Below are positions 1 to 38,751 of a stretch of 64,000 nt of DNA, piece after piece. Where the stretch lies: assembly GCA_033442325.1 (NCBI GenBank), contig JAWQFM010000012.1, positions 1,292,214-1,356,213 on the forward strand. The letters run 5' to 3'. How positions within the stretch are numbered: the stretch's first letter is position 1; each line of letters opens with the position of its first letter. The stretch is from Salpingoeca rosetta (Eukaryota; Protista; Choanoflagellata). The notes under the pieces were generated by a model. That model had not been told where the DNA came from, ran no database searches, and saw only the letters and a list, made by a program, of their open reading frames with translations. The translations under genes and the position numbers were made by a program.

Positions 1-86
<86 letters not shown>

Positions 87-233
87 TGATTGGTTCAAGG
101 ATGAAGATGGAACTGCCGGGCAGTAGACTGGGGTGAGGAGCCACACGCACACGCACACACGGATGCATACAAACACACACACACACACACACATGTATGC
201 ATGCACGCACACACACACACGTCACATTGGCAC

Positions 234-560
234 CTTGGGTCTGGCTCTGTAAAGCCGCGGTCATATGCCTCCTGCACCAGCTGGCTCAGCCGGCGGCCGT
301 CATCCAGACCCGACGTGATGTACCCGAGGGTGCCGCTAAACGTGCCTGACATGCACACGAGAAGGAAGCAGTAGGGATGAGGGAGCAAGCAATGGGGTGA
401 GTGGGCATGACAAGGGGTCATAGTCTGCCAAACATACATAATGAAGCGGGTGCACGTTCATGTGTACGTGCGTGTATGCGAACAAAATTGCACAAATGTA
501 CATACTTGGACACACACACACACACACACTCACACAAACACACACACACTCTCTCTCACA

Positions 561-599
<39 letters not shown>

Positions 600-946
600 A
601 CACACACGTGCGCGCGCGACTACGCATACAACACCTTGGATGGAGTTGATGGTGTCGTGGGCGGCAACAACGCGCTGCGTGCTGGCGACAAAGGGCGTGC
701 CGGCACCGACAGAGGATTCAAAGCGACAGCGCCGCATGTGGCGTGGATGCACAAACTTATGGAAGTCGTCCATGGAGGCTGAGGAGGGCAAGCAGGCGCA
801 ACAAGCAGGTGCAGGATCAATACATGTCAGCTTGTGAGCACGAGCGCGTGCAGAAGCCGTGGCCGGGCCTGGTCTGAGGAGAGTTGCAGCGAAACAAAAC
901 AGGTGTAAACGTGTCGTGTCGTGTCGTGTAACGATGCGCAGGTTGA

Positions 947-984
<38 letters not shown>

Positions 985-2314
985 TGCGCACCTGTCAAGC
1001 ACTTTTTGTTTGCAAACACAACGCCTGCACCCTTGGTCAGCGCTTCCTGCAAGAGCCCTGTGCACGGGATTACGGGGGGCCATGAGGCAAAGTAGTGGCA
1101 GCAAGGTAGCGCGCATGTCCATGTGCTCTTGTTCGTGCATGCATTCACAGTCACACGAACACACACACAGGCTCGCATGTAACAGTCACACACACACATA
1201 CACACACACATACACACACACACAGGCTTGTACAACAAGTCACACAAACACATGCTGCGCGTGCTTACCCATGATGCCGTCCGTCGCGGTGCAATCAACA
1301 AAGATGTTTGGTTCCTGTTGGAGAGCCTGAAGCTTCCCAGTTGCTTCCTCTTTCACCACAAAGCCAGGGAGCCCAGACAACTGCATGAAACATACCAACG
1401 CCCATATGGTGCAGCAAATTAGGATCTCGCACTTTCGTATGCGTGTGCGCGTGTGGTGACGAGGCTTTCCTGATTCCAGATACAACGTAACACAGCAGCA
1501 TTACATTACACAACATAATACAGGCACGACACAACACATGCAAACGCACCGGCTGGTGCTGCTCCTTGCACTCGAGGACGGCGTCGCTGTCCACTTCATC
1601 CTCCGAGAGCACAGCGCCTGCAACACCGCCCTTTTGCATCAGAGAAGCCTACTTGTGTTCACCACGACAGCAGCAAGGGACGCGCCAACACGCACAGGTA
1701 CACACAGACAGGCAGAGAGAGAGAGAGAGGCACACAGACAGACACACAGACAGACACACACACAAACACACACACATACACTGACCTGCACTGTCGACGA
1801 CAGCCCTCACTTTGAATGCCAACTGAAACTTGTCGGCGTGATGAGCCTGTTGTTGGTGTCGAGTGCATGCTCGCATCATGTGAGGGCACGTTCCATGGTA
1901 CACGACGCACACGCACACGCACACGCACACGCACACGCACACGCACACGCACACGCACACGCACACGCACACGCACACGTACACGCACACGCACACGCAC
2001 ACGCACACGCACACGCACACGCACACGCACACGCACACGCACACGCACACGCACACGCACACGCACACGCACACGCACACGCACACGCACACGCACACGC
2101 ACACACACACACGCACACACACGCACACTTGGTACAGTACGTGTCATGCCACTGAACACATACCCCTCCACCTCTCCACCGTTCCCTCTCCATACTCCAC
2201 ACCTCCACCCTCCACGATCTAACGCACCTGAGCGGCTGCGAGGCGTCGCAGCACAGCCTTTCCGACCGTGCCACAGCCAAACAGCACCACACCAACAGTT
2301 CGCACACCACTCAT
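234..2314 (-). CDS. Homoserine dehydrogenase (multi-exon; 3' end continues beyond window start)
   Basis: Spliced exons: MSGVRTVGVVLFGCGTVGKAVLRRL (Rossmann GxGxxG, 2228-2314), FKVRAVVDS, NIFVDCTAT, GAGVVFANKK, RFESSVGAGTP, GTFSGTLGYI...AYDRGFTEPDPR. These match HSD motifs of ThrA/Hom6. No aspartokinase domain at the N-terminus. Confidence 0.92.
1904..2128. repeat. (CACGCA)n hexanucleotide microsatellite in HSD intron 1
   Basis: About 35 near-perfect copies, alternating purine/pyrimidine. Confidence 0.95.
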
Positions 2315-2562
2315 TTCCCTCGACCAAGAGAAACCGCAAAACGACTGAATTCAGACTTGTTGACTTTGACACGAAAAGCTATTGAAAATATCAACGAGAC
2401 TGCCTGCAAGGAAAAACGCCACCCCAAACAAGACGAAGAAGAAGCAACGCCCATATCCTCTGCTGCTTCTGCTTGCGTCGTTGCGAAGAAGCCGGTGGTG
2501 CATTTTGGATCAATCACCAGCGACACACGCGACACCCACACGCACCCACCAGCCAGCCAGCT
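2315..2562. promoter_or_regulatory. Putative bidirectional promoter (HSD / PTB-PDZ)
   Basis: Divergent ATGs ~250 bp apart with a microsatellite-free, A-rich spacer. Confidence 0.5.
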
Positions 2563-4368
2563 ATGGACGTGGATGATGGCGGGCCGCCAAGCCCGGAGAA
2601 GGTGCACTTTGCTGTGTGCCTTTCGGTTTCTCGGCTGGCTGTGTGTATGGCACATGTGCGCGCGCAAGTGATATGATTCTATGGTTGCTGTGTCACTTGT
2701 TGTTGGGCACTGCCGCCAAGATGCATGTGGTATGTGACGGACAGTGTCCTATTTTCCTCGCCTGTCCTTCCCCAAACTCACAGCCTCCTTCCTCCCCTCG
2801 CCCTCCTGCCTTCACTCTCGCGCACAAATGCCACAGGTTGAGCAGTTCTTCAATGATTTGGAGCTGAGAGAGGACCAGGGCGACCTGGACCTCCTTGTTG
2901 TCGCTGAGCAGTGAGTTTCTCCGATGTGCAGTGAATAGGCCCAGTGCTTGTATCTGTCCTGTGCTGTGCTGTGCGCTGTGCCGTGTGCGAGCATCCATCA
3001 CTTTCCTTCGCTCTCTGATGCGCTCACATTGCTGCGCTGCACGAATAACCACAGGCGTGGTTTGCTCAACGACACGTGTCGCACATTGCTGAGTGAGGCA
3101 CGCCGGCGTGGCTTGCTCCCACCAAAACCGGACTCAGAGGTGCGAACTCACTCAACCTTGCGAGAACATCCACACATGTGTCTTAGGATCGCGAACTGAC
3201 ATGCTCTTCTGGTGGTGTGCATTTCTATTCCAGGTCATCTTGGAGACTTATGATGTGCAGTACCTTGGCGCAAGTGTTATCGAAGGTGTGTGTCTGCTGA
3301 TGCATACCTATTGGCCTGGAGCATCATCCCTCGTGCGCTCTTTGTGGCACCCCCCCCCCCACACACACACCCACACGCACACACACACACACACACGCAT
3401 GCACACACACACACATACACACACATACACACGCACACACACACACGCATGCAAACACATACATACGCACGCACTCTCTCCTCTGAACTGGATCGTTAAG
3501 GCGCGGACACGGAGAAAGGCATTGAGCCTCCCTCCATTTCCCATGCCGTGGGGAGAATCGCCAAGAACCCGCGCGTGTCCTTTCAGACGCCGCTGCTGAT
3601 GGAAGTGCACACTGGCGAGATCAAGGTTTACGACTTGACAGACTCGTCTGGTCGCCGTGAATCCCTCGGCACGCGCACGCTTCGCAGATTGAAGAGTGTC
3701 ACACTCCGTCGCATGACGGGCCGCAAAAAATCGTCTACAGGTTCCCTGCGCGGCTCCACCACAGATGATGTGCGTGTGTGTGTATGTGTGTGTGTGTGTG
3801 TGTTTGCATTTGTGTCCGTGTGTACGTCTGCTCTTGTATCTGCCTGCTCACGGGCGTGCGCGTGCAAGCCAGCACCAACCCGGGAGGAGTGTTGCTGTTT
3901 TTCGTCCCTCACTCTGTGCTTTGCTTCTCGCGACCGCAGGCGGAGCTTGTTGTGGAGCATCACAGACGAAACATCTACACCTTCTCGGCATTTGACAAGG
4001 CCGTGGCTTGCGTCATGCGAGAAAAGGACTTTACAGGCAAACTCGCATATGTGTGCCACGCCTACAAATGCCGCGACAAGCGCAAGGTATGTGCGTGTGT
4101 ATGAGATAGAGAGAGTGTCGTTCCACAGCCATTCATTCATGCACACGCTCTCATGGAGCGTGACTTGCCCCCCCCCAACCTGTACACGTCCTCCCCCCCC
4201 CAACACACACTCTCTCGCCCCTGTCATTGCTGGTGTATGCCTCCTTTGCCGATCTGCTCACTTCCTTTGCTTCAGGCACTCGAAATTGCACATCACTTGC
4301 GCGTGAGCCATGACGACATTCTCAAACGCGAAAAGGACACCATCAAGCAGCACTTCCCCTTGGAGGTC

Positions 4369-4431
<63 letters not shown>

Positions 4432-5931
4432 TGTGTGCTCATGTATGGCAACAAAGCGCCGTGCTGCTGTCGTGCTCGCGTTTACATAAGTGCATACGAT
4501 TGTTGTACAATTCAACACCGTTTCATCGGTTGCATTACGTTTGCTGTGGTTGTGAGCTGACTGCGTCCGTCGTCCACCGCCTTTTCCTCACTCGCTCACG
4601 CCCGCCCTGCTCTGCGTCATACAACAACGACACAACAACAACATATTGCAGCGTGTCACGATCATGTGTCCAACAGAGGACGCGTACTACGGTTTGAATC
4701 TTGTTGGCTCAACGACACACGCAGAGGCCACGACAGGTGAGGAAGCGAGGGAAGACAGCGGGTTGGGCAAAGCCTAACCTTGATGTTTGGTGAGCATGGC
4801 ATCCGGCCTGGTTGCAGAGCGCTGGGTTGTTTCAGCAATACGTGCAACTCTGTACGCAAAGCGGACGCGCATGTGTATTGGTGTCAAAATTGCGCCAGGT
4901 CTGGTGAGCCCACGTGCCTGTGCCTGAGTCTCTTTGACATTTCAATTCTCTGCGTATGCCCCCTTGCCCCCCTGCTATTGCATTCAGGCGTGTTCGTCTC
5001 CAGTATTGACAAGGACTCCCCGGCAGACAAGGACACGCGTGTGCGCGTGGGCCTGCAGGTGAGTGTGTGTGTGTGTGTGTTTCTGTGTTTGGTGTGTGTG
5101 TGAGTGTTTGGTGTGTGTGTGAGTGTTTGGTGTGTGTGTGTGAATTCTGTGCGTGCGCGCGTACGCGTTTTGTGTTTCTTTTACTGATGCCGCACCCCGT
5201 TGCCCTCTCTCTTTTTTTTTTTTTGGTCTTGCTTCAGATTGTGGCCATCAACGGGAACATTACGGATGACTCCACCATTGCCGAGTGTCGCACCCTCATT
5301 CGCCAATCTAAGGACATGATTGGTCAGTGGCTGTTGGCTGGCAGCGGGCCATGTTGTATGTGTGTGTGTGTGTGGTTTTGTGTGTGTGTGCGTGCTTGTG
5401 TTCGTGTTGCTCTCCTCTATCTGTTGCTGTGCTTCAAAGCTGCAATTCTGTGTGCATGTCCCTATGTCCATCCCTTTGCAACTTGTTTGCTACCAAGGCA
5501 TCAACATCTCTCACCCCGCTTCCTTTCCCCCCGTCGCTTGTATCTCCTTCGTCCAGTTCTTGACTTGCAAGAAAACCCCATGGGGTTTGGCATCCATGAA
5601 TACAACCAAGGTGTGACCACACCACCCACTCCCTCGCTCGCTTGCTTGTTTGCCTGGTGACACTGCTCAATTTTCACCACACGCTCGAGGATCAACCGTT
5701 CAACCGTTCTCTGCTCTTCATACAATCACCATGAGCATTGTTGCCGATGACGTGTGCGTTCTTGCCTGCAGGCATGCGTCGTCCAGTCGTCAACTTTGAC
5801 CCAGAAGGCCACTCACGTGCGTCGCTCTCCCAGCACGTCGACCAAGCGGCTCAAGGTGAGCCACATCACAAACAAACGCCAAGCAAGACAGCGCAGCGCT
5901 GCTTTCGTGCAAGTTGTTCGCATGTGTGTGA

Positions 5932-5962
<31 letters not shown>

Positions 5963-6073
5963 TTGAGGCGCTTGTTCATGACGTTTTATGAGTGGTTTCA
6001 GCCGTACACGTGCATGCTCCCAATTCGCGTACCACCTCCCTCAGCTCCCTGCTCACGCTCCTTTGCCACATGA

Positions 6074-6160
<87 letters not shown>

Positions 6161-6228
6161 TGTGCATATCCGTAGATCTGATGCAACTGAGCCAGAACTC
6201 ATCCTTTGCCTCTGTCACGTCGCCATGA
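2563..6228 (+). CDS. PTB (PID) + PDZ domain adaptor protein
   Basis: Exons: MDVDDGGPPSPEK; ETYDVQYLGASVIEG; LLMEVHTGEIKVYD; AYVCHAYKCRDKRK|ALEIAHHL (PTB); YYGLNLVG|GVFVSSIDKDSPADKDTRVRVGLQ|IVAINGN...ECRTLIRQS (PDZ); last exon DLMQLSQNSSFASVTSP*. Splice phases that were checked are consistent. Confidence 0.85.
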
Positions 6229-7143
6229 TTCTGACGGCGAAGCAGAAGTTGGTGGATTGCTTTTTGCATTCTCATTTCTCCTCTCCTTACCCCCTTAACT
6301 CGCGTTACACCTGTTTAACTTAACCCTGGCTCAAGTCAACGACCTGCTGCTGGTCCCTGTTCTCTTGCCGCACGGCTTTGCCCACTGGCCTCATCGACCC
6401 TTCTTGTTGCCTCCACACACAAACATGGTTGCACTTCGTTACTTTCGTTTGTATCGTCGGGTGTATTCATGACATAATCTGCTTACCTCATGTTCAATAC
6501 CAACCAACCTCCTTGCTTGAAAGTGAACTGAAACCACTCACACACACACCACACACACACACACACAGAGACGCACACATACACACTGTACAGATCTCAC
6601 ACACACTCAAAGGCGAGAAGCAAAGGAACGGCACAGAGCAGAGACGCGCATACGCGGGCTATGGGTAGAGTCTGTATACGGCACTGTGGCAGTGACGTGT
6701 GTCCCATTTGGGGTGGCAGCCTGGGGGGTGGGGGGGTGTGGGGGCCTGAGTGGGGATCGGGGGGGGGGTAGGGCTACTAGTTGGGAGAATTCGGTTAGGC
6801 GGTATGTANNNNNNNNNNNNNNNNNNNNNNNNNNNNNNNNNNNNNNNNNNNNNNNNNNNNNNNNNNNNNNNNNNNNNNNNNNNNNNNNNNNNNNNNNNNN
6901 NNNNNNNNNNNNNNNNNNNNNNNNNNNNNNNNNNNNNNNNNNNNNNNNNNNNNNNNNNNNNNNNNNNNNNNNNNNNNNNNNNNNNNNNNNNNNNNNNNNN
7001 NNNNNNNNNNNNNNNNNNNNNNNNNNNNNNNNNNNNNNNNNNNNNNNNNNNNNNNNNNNNNNNNNNNNNNNNNNNNNNNNNNNNNNNNNNNNNNNNNNNN
7101 NNNNNNNNNNNNNNNNNNNNNNNNNNNNNNNNNNNNNNNNNNN

Positions 7144-7219
<76 letters not shown>

Positions 7220-7243
7220 ACACACACACACACACTCACACTC

Positions 7244-7813
7244 ACGTCGTTGTGCGGGTCGCTGTTGCATTCCTGGTCATACAAGTGTGTCAACTGCGAC
7301 GACAGCAAACCAGTAACCACGCAGCAGCAGGCATGCATCAGTATCTAGCACCCAACACGCACGCACACGCACACACGCACACGCACACGCAAGCACCCGC
7401 ACAAGCATACACACACCCGCTTCAAGCCTTCGTTGCAGAACGCAGCAATGTCCAGTGGAACGCGAGTGGACTGAAGCCTGTAGCAGAGGTGTAGTGGGTG
7501 TAGTGGGTGTAGTGTCGTAAATGTCGCACAAGCGTCAGCAATTGGTCAGCGTGCATGCAAGCAGGCAGGTGTGGGCATGTATACATGTGCGCGCGTGTGT
7601 GCAGCTGCACAGGAAACGCACTGTCGTCGGATGTCGCGGACGACTTCGTGGAATGAGGCGTCCTTCATGCGCACTGCCCGCGTCAGCCCGGTTCTATGAC
7701 CGCAAACAGAATTGTGACGGGCACTGAGTGTGTGAGCGGCAACAAACCCTGGAATGAAGAGGTGATGCCATGGAACTCAACAAGGCTCGGCAAACACAGC
7801 AAAAGCTAACACA

Positions 7814-7900
<87 letters not shown>

Positions 7901-8949
7901 GCACGCACGCACGCAAACGCCTACCGCTGCATCTCAACGGCAAGTGTGAAGCAGCGACCGAAGGTCTCAATGATCATCTTGGATTTGGAGTGTGATTTGT
8001 ACACGTGACACTTGTAGATGGGTGGAGACGTGGTTGTGTTGGCCGTAATGAAAGCAAACACCTGTCACCAAGAGAGACAGTGTGCGTGAAAAGGGGGAGG
8101 GGAAGCGCGGGCACGTGTGTTTGGTTGCATGAGCGAAGAGCACGAATGAGCTTTGAGGAGGGCTTACAGAAATGCATTCACACACACACACACACATACA
8201 TGCAGACATGTACACGCACACGCACACTCACGCACGCACACGCGTACTTGTGGGTTGGAGGGCAGCCATGTCGCGTAGCTGATCTGGTAGAGGGCGTAGC
8301 TGTCCCTGAGCTGGCGCGTGTCAAAGTCGCGGATCTTCAGACCAGACACGGAGATGACGAGCCACGTGCGCTGCTTTGCTTCGCGGAACGCCTTGTGCGC
8401 TGCACGGACGCGCGCAATTGCCAGCAGCACGTCATCGCCGCCGCGGGCACTGGAAACCTCCGTCACACCAATGTACTGCGGTGATAGTGTTGTTGCATTG
8501 TGTGTGTGTGTGTGTTGTGTGAATGTGCGTTGCGTGTGCATGCGTGTGGTGTGTTGTGTGAATGCGCGGTGTGTGAGTGCCGCTGCGATTCGCTCAACGA
8601 TTGCAGCCGTGTCAGGACAAGCGCACACGCACGTTAAGGCACTCGTTGTCATGTAACCACAACGCATCTTCAACACACACAGGCACACACATGCACACAC
8701 AGGCACACACATGCACACTCGAGCACACAAGAGCATGAACACAAACACTGATGCACACTAGAGCACACAAGAGCATGAACACAAACACTGATGCACCTTG
8801 GCCTTGATGCCGATGCCGTCCATGTACGATTGCTTTTCTTGTGGGGTCATGTTGACAGGAAGCGGCGCGCCACCCATCAGCTCAGACCCCATCAACGCAA
8901 ACCTCCCCTCATCGTCCTCAAACTCAGGAAAGTCCTCCTCAAACTCCAT
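7244..8949 (-). CDS. Dab/GULP/CED-6-like PTB domain protein (3' end uncertain, runs into N gap)
   Basis: Exons: MEFEEDF...DGIGIKAK|YIGVTEVSSARGGD...LVISVSGLKIRD...LYQISYA...|VFAFIT...YKCHVYKS...IIETFGRCFTLA, a complete Dab-like PTB fold. Confidence 0.85.
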
Positions 8950-9092
8950 CGCAGGTGCGTGTTGGGTGGTGAGAGGTGTGCTTGCTGCACGGTGTTGCCG
9001 TGTTGGTGTGCTTGCTTTGCTGTTGCAGTCCTGCGCACTGCTGCTCAAACAAGCGGAAAATGAAAAATGTTTACTGGGGATTCCATGCACGA

Positions 9093-18718
<9,626 letters not shown>

Positions 18719-19446
18719 CGTGGGGGACTGGTGCGAGGTGACCCACGCGCCAGGGAGGTGGCAATCGCACGACCGCTGTCACTCCACTGGCAGGCACGGC
18801 CGTTTGCGATCAAATGAGTGCGGCAACAAACGGGAATGGTTGTTGCAACTGTTGGTCGTGCTGCGTGTGGGGGCTGCGGCGAACGATCCGCACCTTCAAG
18901 AAGTGAGCAAGCAAGCAAGCCAGCAGTTGGTGTGGGTGGCAGTGGAACAGAGAGATGGCGTGAGCGTCCAAGGGGAAAGAGCACGCAACAAGGGAGCAAC
19001 AAGGGACAGTGCCCAAACGAAGGAACCTCTTCATTGGCACAAACAACATGCGCACAACGCAACATCAAGAGAAGGCAGCGTGACCAACACATACGCGCGC
19101 ACACGCGCACGCGCACGTACGTATGCTCAGTCACATGTCACAACAAGCACCAGCACACCTCAAAGCAGTTCGTTGGTCGCAACTGCCACACGTTGACTAG
19201 AAGAAGAAGAAGAAGACAAGACGAAAAACGCTAACGAAAAACGCACACACACACCCACACACACACACACACACACGAAGAAAGAAAGAAAGAGCGGCGC
19301 TCAGTTGCGTGTGTGTGTCAGCCATCTTCACATTGGAACGATCTGCACTGTGGTGTTGTGTTGTACGTACAGCTCAGCGGTGAAGGCTTGGACGAGATTG
19401 TCAACGCGTGCACCAAGTGGAGGAGGGAAGGAAGGAGATCGCCAAG
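18719..19446. promoter_or_regulatory. Putative bidirectional promoter (GANP / MED15-like)
   Basis: Divergent ATGs at 18718 and 19447. Confidence 0.5.
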
Positions 19447-24016
<4,570 letters not shown>

Positions 24017-24044
24017 ATATTTTCGCTTCCTTTCGTTCTTTACA

Positions 24045-24128
<84 letters not shown>

Positions 24129-24527
24129 AGTCGTGGGTGTTCGTGCTTTTTCCTACAAGTTCAACTAATCTGCTTGCTTAAAGCCCTGCCCTTCCCTTTC
24201 TCGTGGCATTGCATTCCTGCGCTCGGTTCGCCCCAGACGCGCGTGCGAAGGGTTGACTTGGCTCTACTGAAAGACCGCACGAACAGCGGCGCAACGTAAA
24301 ACTTCCACAGCACTGGGAAAGAAGGGAGTGCTCTCTTGTACGAGGTGGGGGGAGGGCAAGAACATACACGAAACGAGGGGATGAGTGGGGTGCACAGTAC
24401 AGAAAGTGCCACAACATCAACAACAATGACAGCCGACCACGGCAAGGAGATGAACAACACAACAACAAATGGGTGAACGGCATGGACGGAATGCAGAGCG
24501 AGCACGCCTGTTCAACTTGAAACGCGA

Positions 24528-34687
<10,160 letters not shown>

Positions 34688-35608
34688 CGTCCTTTCGCTC
34701 AACTCGATCTCGCACAACACAAACAAATGGGACCACGACAGCACAAAAAAGATCTGCCAGCTTGTACACAGTTAGATGGTACGGGCCCAAGCAGTTCGGA
34801 AGCTTCGCATCAAATCATTTTTGCTGGAGCTTCCCCAAAAGTTTTGTCTGTCAGTTTATTTTACCTTCAGCAATGAACAATTTTTATTTTATTGTGTAAC
34901 AGCCCAACCATACCCCCGCAAACTTCTCACACAACAGCGACACCAGATCGTCATCATCGTCCTCGTCTCATACCAGAGCCTCGACGCCTCAAGCCAACCC
35001 TCCTGTAGTGGAGCACCGCAGCATTCACGCATTCACACGAAGTAAGTGAACAACAGAGTACAAGACGACCGTGCAACAGGGCACACCGCACAAAACCTCG
35101 CCAATGTGAGAGCGAGTCCTCTATTGCTTGATCCATCTTTCTCTTTGGTTGGATGCTTGCAAGCAAGCCATCCATGCAGATGCGCGCTATCTCTTCATGT
35201 GAGCTGAGAGGCAGAGTGAGATTCGAACGAGTGATGAGAAGCAACCCCGCAAGCTTTCAGCCCTGCAAACGGAAGAGAAGCAGCTCATAGAGCGCAAGCA
35301 TCCTCCTCACGCAACACTTTGCTGCTCAAGTGGCTGTCGCAAGAGAGCACGCTTGCACTCTTGCACTCTTGCACTCTTGCATGCTGGCTGTTGGTTCTTC
35401 TGCCGGTGGCCTTCGTTTGTTGCACACTCCGTTGTCATCTTAGCGGCCATTCCTTCATCTCTAACAACGCGCCATTGTTCCAATTGTTCTGTCTCCCTTT
35501 TCGTCTTTGCTTACTTGCTTGCTTGTTGGTGATCCTGATCCGTGGCCGTAGCCTTTCCATTTTCCCGTTATTAGTAGCAATCAAGATCACGACATCAAGG
35601 CTGCCCCG

Positions 35609-35673
35609 ATGGATTTGCCGCTCAACTGTGCTGTGCAGGGCACGGCGTCTGTGGGAGACGAGGTGTGTGCTTG

Positions 35674-35704
<31 letters not shown>

Positions 35705-38653
35705 GTATGTGTGCATGTATGTATATATGTTTGTATGTATGTATGTATGTATGTATGTATGTATGTATGTATGTATGTATGTATGTATGTATGTATGTAT
35801 GTGCAGCATGCCCATTGCGATGCGATGCATGCGTCTGTTGTGCTCGAGTTCTCCGAGTTCTTGCCCTGCTTGACTGGCTGCTCTTGCTGCAGTTACATGG
35901 GAGCCAGGCACACTAGCACACTGTTCAGTCCGCAAGCTGTGTTCAATGGTTGATGGCATGCATTCCTGTTTGTGTGACTCTTCTCTGCCGCTTGGGTTGT
36001 TTGATGCACAGGTGCAAGTTGTCGCACCAACCCGCACGACCATTAACGGCCGCAAGGGCATCGTGCTGGACGTCCCTGGCGGACGCAACAAATCTTGGTA
36101 CACCATCAGGTTCGTCTTTGTGAAGACATGCCCCCGCCCCTCTGTGCAACTGACGTGAAGAAGCACCACGGGTCGATTACCACCACCGCCGTACCACCGC
36201 CACCATCACCACCACCACCACCAAAGCATCATTGTGCCCTTGTGCCAACACTCAAGCCACGTGCACGCGTGCGCGAATGCAACGAGCGACCCACATTGCC
36301 CGTGTACATCCCACAACGACTCCCTTCCTCGTGTCTCACAGGATGGAGCACCAACTCCGCCCTGTCAAAGTTCGTGGGAGTGAGCTGCAGCTGATGAGCG
36401 CAGCTCCTTCAACGCTGGCCTACTCAAGAAGGAGGTAGACGCGCACATGCTCACATGCTACTGTGTCCCCAGTGCGCCACCGCACGCTCACCAGGGCAGT
36501 AGTGGTGCCCTTGCTGATCTGATCGTCCAGGCTGCTATGCCATGCTTCCTCAAAACACCATCATGCTATGCCAAAGCCACCAATCATCGCCTCCTCACGC
36601 ACTTGATGCTACGCCCCCCCCCCCAAGCAGGCTCCGAAACAGCTTGCCTGCGATGGGCAGCGCCACTCCGACTTCTGCAGCTGCTGCAGCAAACACAGCA
36701 TTTACTCATCGCTACACGTCGGCAACGCCTCCCGTGAGTCGGCAAGCCCACCAGCCGCCTTCTGCGCAGAGGCGACATGCAAGCATGCACGGAGACATGC
36801 AAGGGCGGCTTCTCGGCATGTCCAGACCGCATAACATGCACCAGGCACAGCCCCAGCCCAAGCCCCAACCTCAGCTGGCTGCGTCGATGACCCGCACAAG
36901 TCTAGCCCAACGCACGCCTAGCACGCCCGCCTCCGCGTCCTCGCTCACCCCTGCGCCAGTACTGGACACCCCAAGCAGCAAGCGATCTGAAGGCAGCACG
37001 GTGAGGGCTGCCGCGTCCACGCCGAGCAGCGTGCATGCAGGTGCTACACACGCTAATATGGCGCGCTCACAGTTACACGCAGCCGACTTGCGAGACGGCG
37101 AGCCCCACCACCATGTACACCGCCAGCAGCGACACGAACAAAAGGACGACCAGCCAGCCGCCCCCATGCGCCCCGTTCCGACGGTTCTTGCGACATCATC
37201 CACGCAAGTGCCAGTAGCGCCACCAAACTCGAATGACCTGTGCCCGTCTCCCCAGGAGCGTCCCCACACCGTACGTGACAGACCGCACCTGTACGCGGGC
37301 AGGGATGTCGTCGACGAGCGCGGCGGTGCGTCATCACAGCAGCAGCTCACAGCACGGACCAAACGCCTCGGCCCAAAGCAGCCAAAGAGGGCCAAGGTGT
37401 GTGTGTTGCCTCTGCCTTCCAGCAATGTTCCCGTGCCAGAAATCGAGGAGCAGCCTGAAGAGCACATTGTGCGCCTGCGGAAGAAGCGCATGAGAGAAAT
37501 GCTGCGGAAGCAAAGCTTGGGACGCAGACGCCCTGTGCAGTACCAAACGCTCTCTTTTGGCCTTCTCGTGCCGCAGCCGTCAAATACCACCTCCGGCTCC
37601 GCCGTTGTTTTGCACCATGCTTCAGACAAGGACCTGCGCGGGCGCTCCGTTGTGATTGACCAACTCTTTCCGCACTTGCCGCTGTTGGAGTCCTCATCAT
37701 CATTGGCTGACTTCACCCCCGAGGCATATGCGTTTCGCAACCCGGTGTTCCGCATTCCAAACCTCCGCCGCCTACCGCCGATCGACGCATCGCCTCAGCC
37801 GCCATCGCTGCTCCCACAACAGCAGCCGCCTGTGCCCATCACAGATGCGCGCCAGCACCAAGCTGTGAGCTACAGCAGCAGCACTGCACATGAAGACAAC
37901 AGACACGCAGCTGTCGGATTGTTTCCGCCTTCCACTGCTTTTCACAAGCCAGAACACCATCGCCTCGCCCTTCAGCACCACACCCTAGTTCTTCCAGAAA
38001 CCATCCTATACCAACGCTGCAAGCAGCGGTACATACGTGTCTGTCAGTGTGTCTGTGTCTGTGTCTGTGGGATGCGTGAGCTTGCGCGTCTGTGTCTGTG
38101 TGTTTGTGTGTCTGTGTCCGTCTGTCTGTTTGTGTATGTCTGTCTGTGTCTGTCTGTGCGTGCACTTGTGTGTGTGTGTGTGTTTGTCTACCCATCTGTG
38201 CGTGTGTGTGCGTGTGTTTTTTTTTTTTGATGTTTTGCTGGCCTGCCTGCAAGCAAACTTTGCCTGCTGCAACGTGTCGTGAGCCTTTTGCTTGGTGCTC
38301 ACTTGTCTTGCTGCGCTTGATTTGTGTGTCTCGCAGGGTGTGGCGTGAATGCGAGCAGTGCCACGTCGCCTTCAGCACTGCTGTGCATGACATGGAAGCG
38401 TGGGGTGTTGACGCGAGTTTCCACAACTACTGCAGCATGCGTTGCCTTGGTTGCGCCCAACAAGCCAGCCCTACTCCTCCTGGAACAGAAGCGAGCATCA
38501 ACCTCGTTTGCCACACGCAAGCCGTGCTACCATCATGCACAAGCGCAGAGACCAATGTGTCTCCATCTGGTGAGCTAATGGCGTGCATGTGTGAATGCAC
38601 ATGCTGCTGGCGCTTCCTGTCAAGAGTGCTGCAACATGAACACAAGTCACTCA

Positions 38654-38751
<98 letters not shown>

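Noticed and set aside
2130-2150. MTRTVP as the HSD start, implying loss of the NAD-binding motif
   Set aside because: The true first exon with GCGTVG was found at 2228-2314 and splices in phase.
6705-6808. G-run-rich stretch resembling a G-quadruplex or telomere variant
   Set aside because: It abuts an N gap and is irregular; probably a miscalled GT-repeat read end.
8721-8796. 40-bp tandem duplication overlapping a 5' splice donor
   Set aside because: The second copy lacks the exonic AAG context and is preceded by TAG; ordinary slippage duplication.
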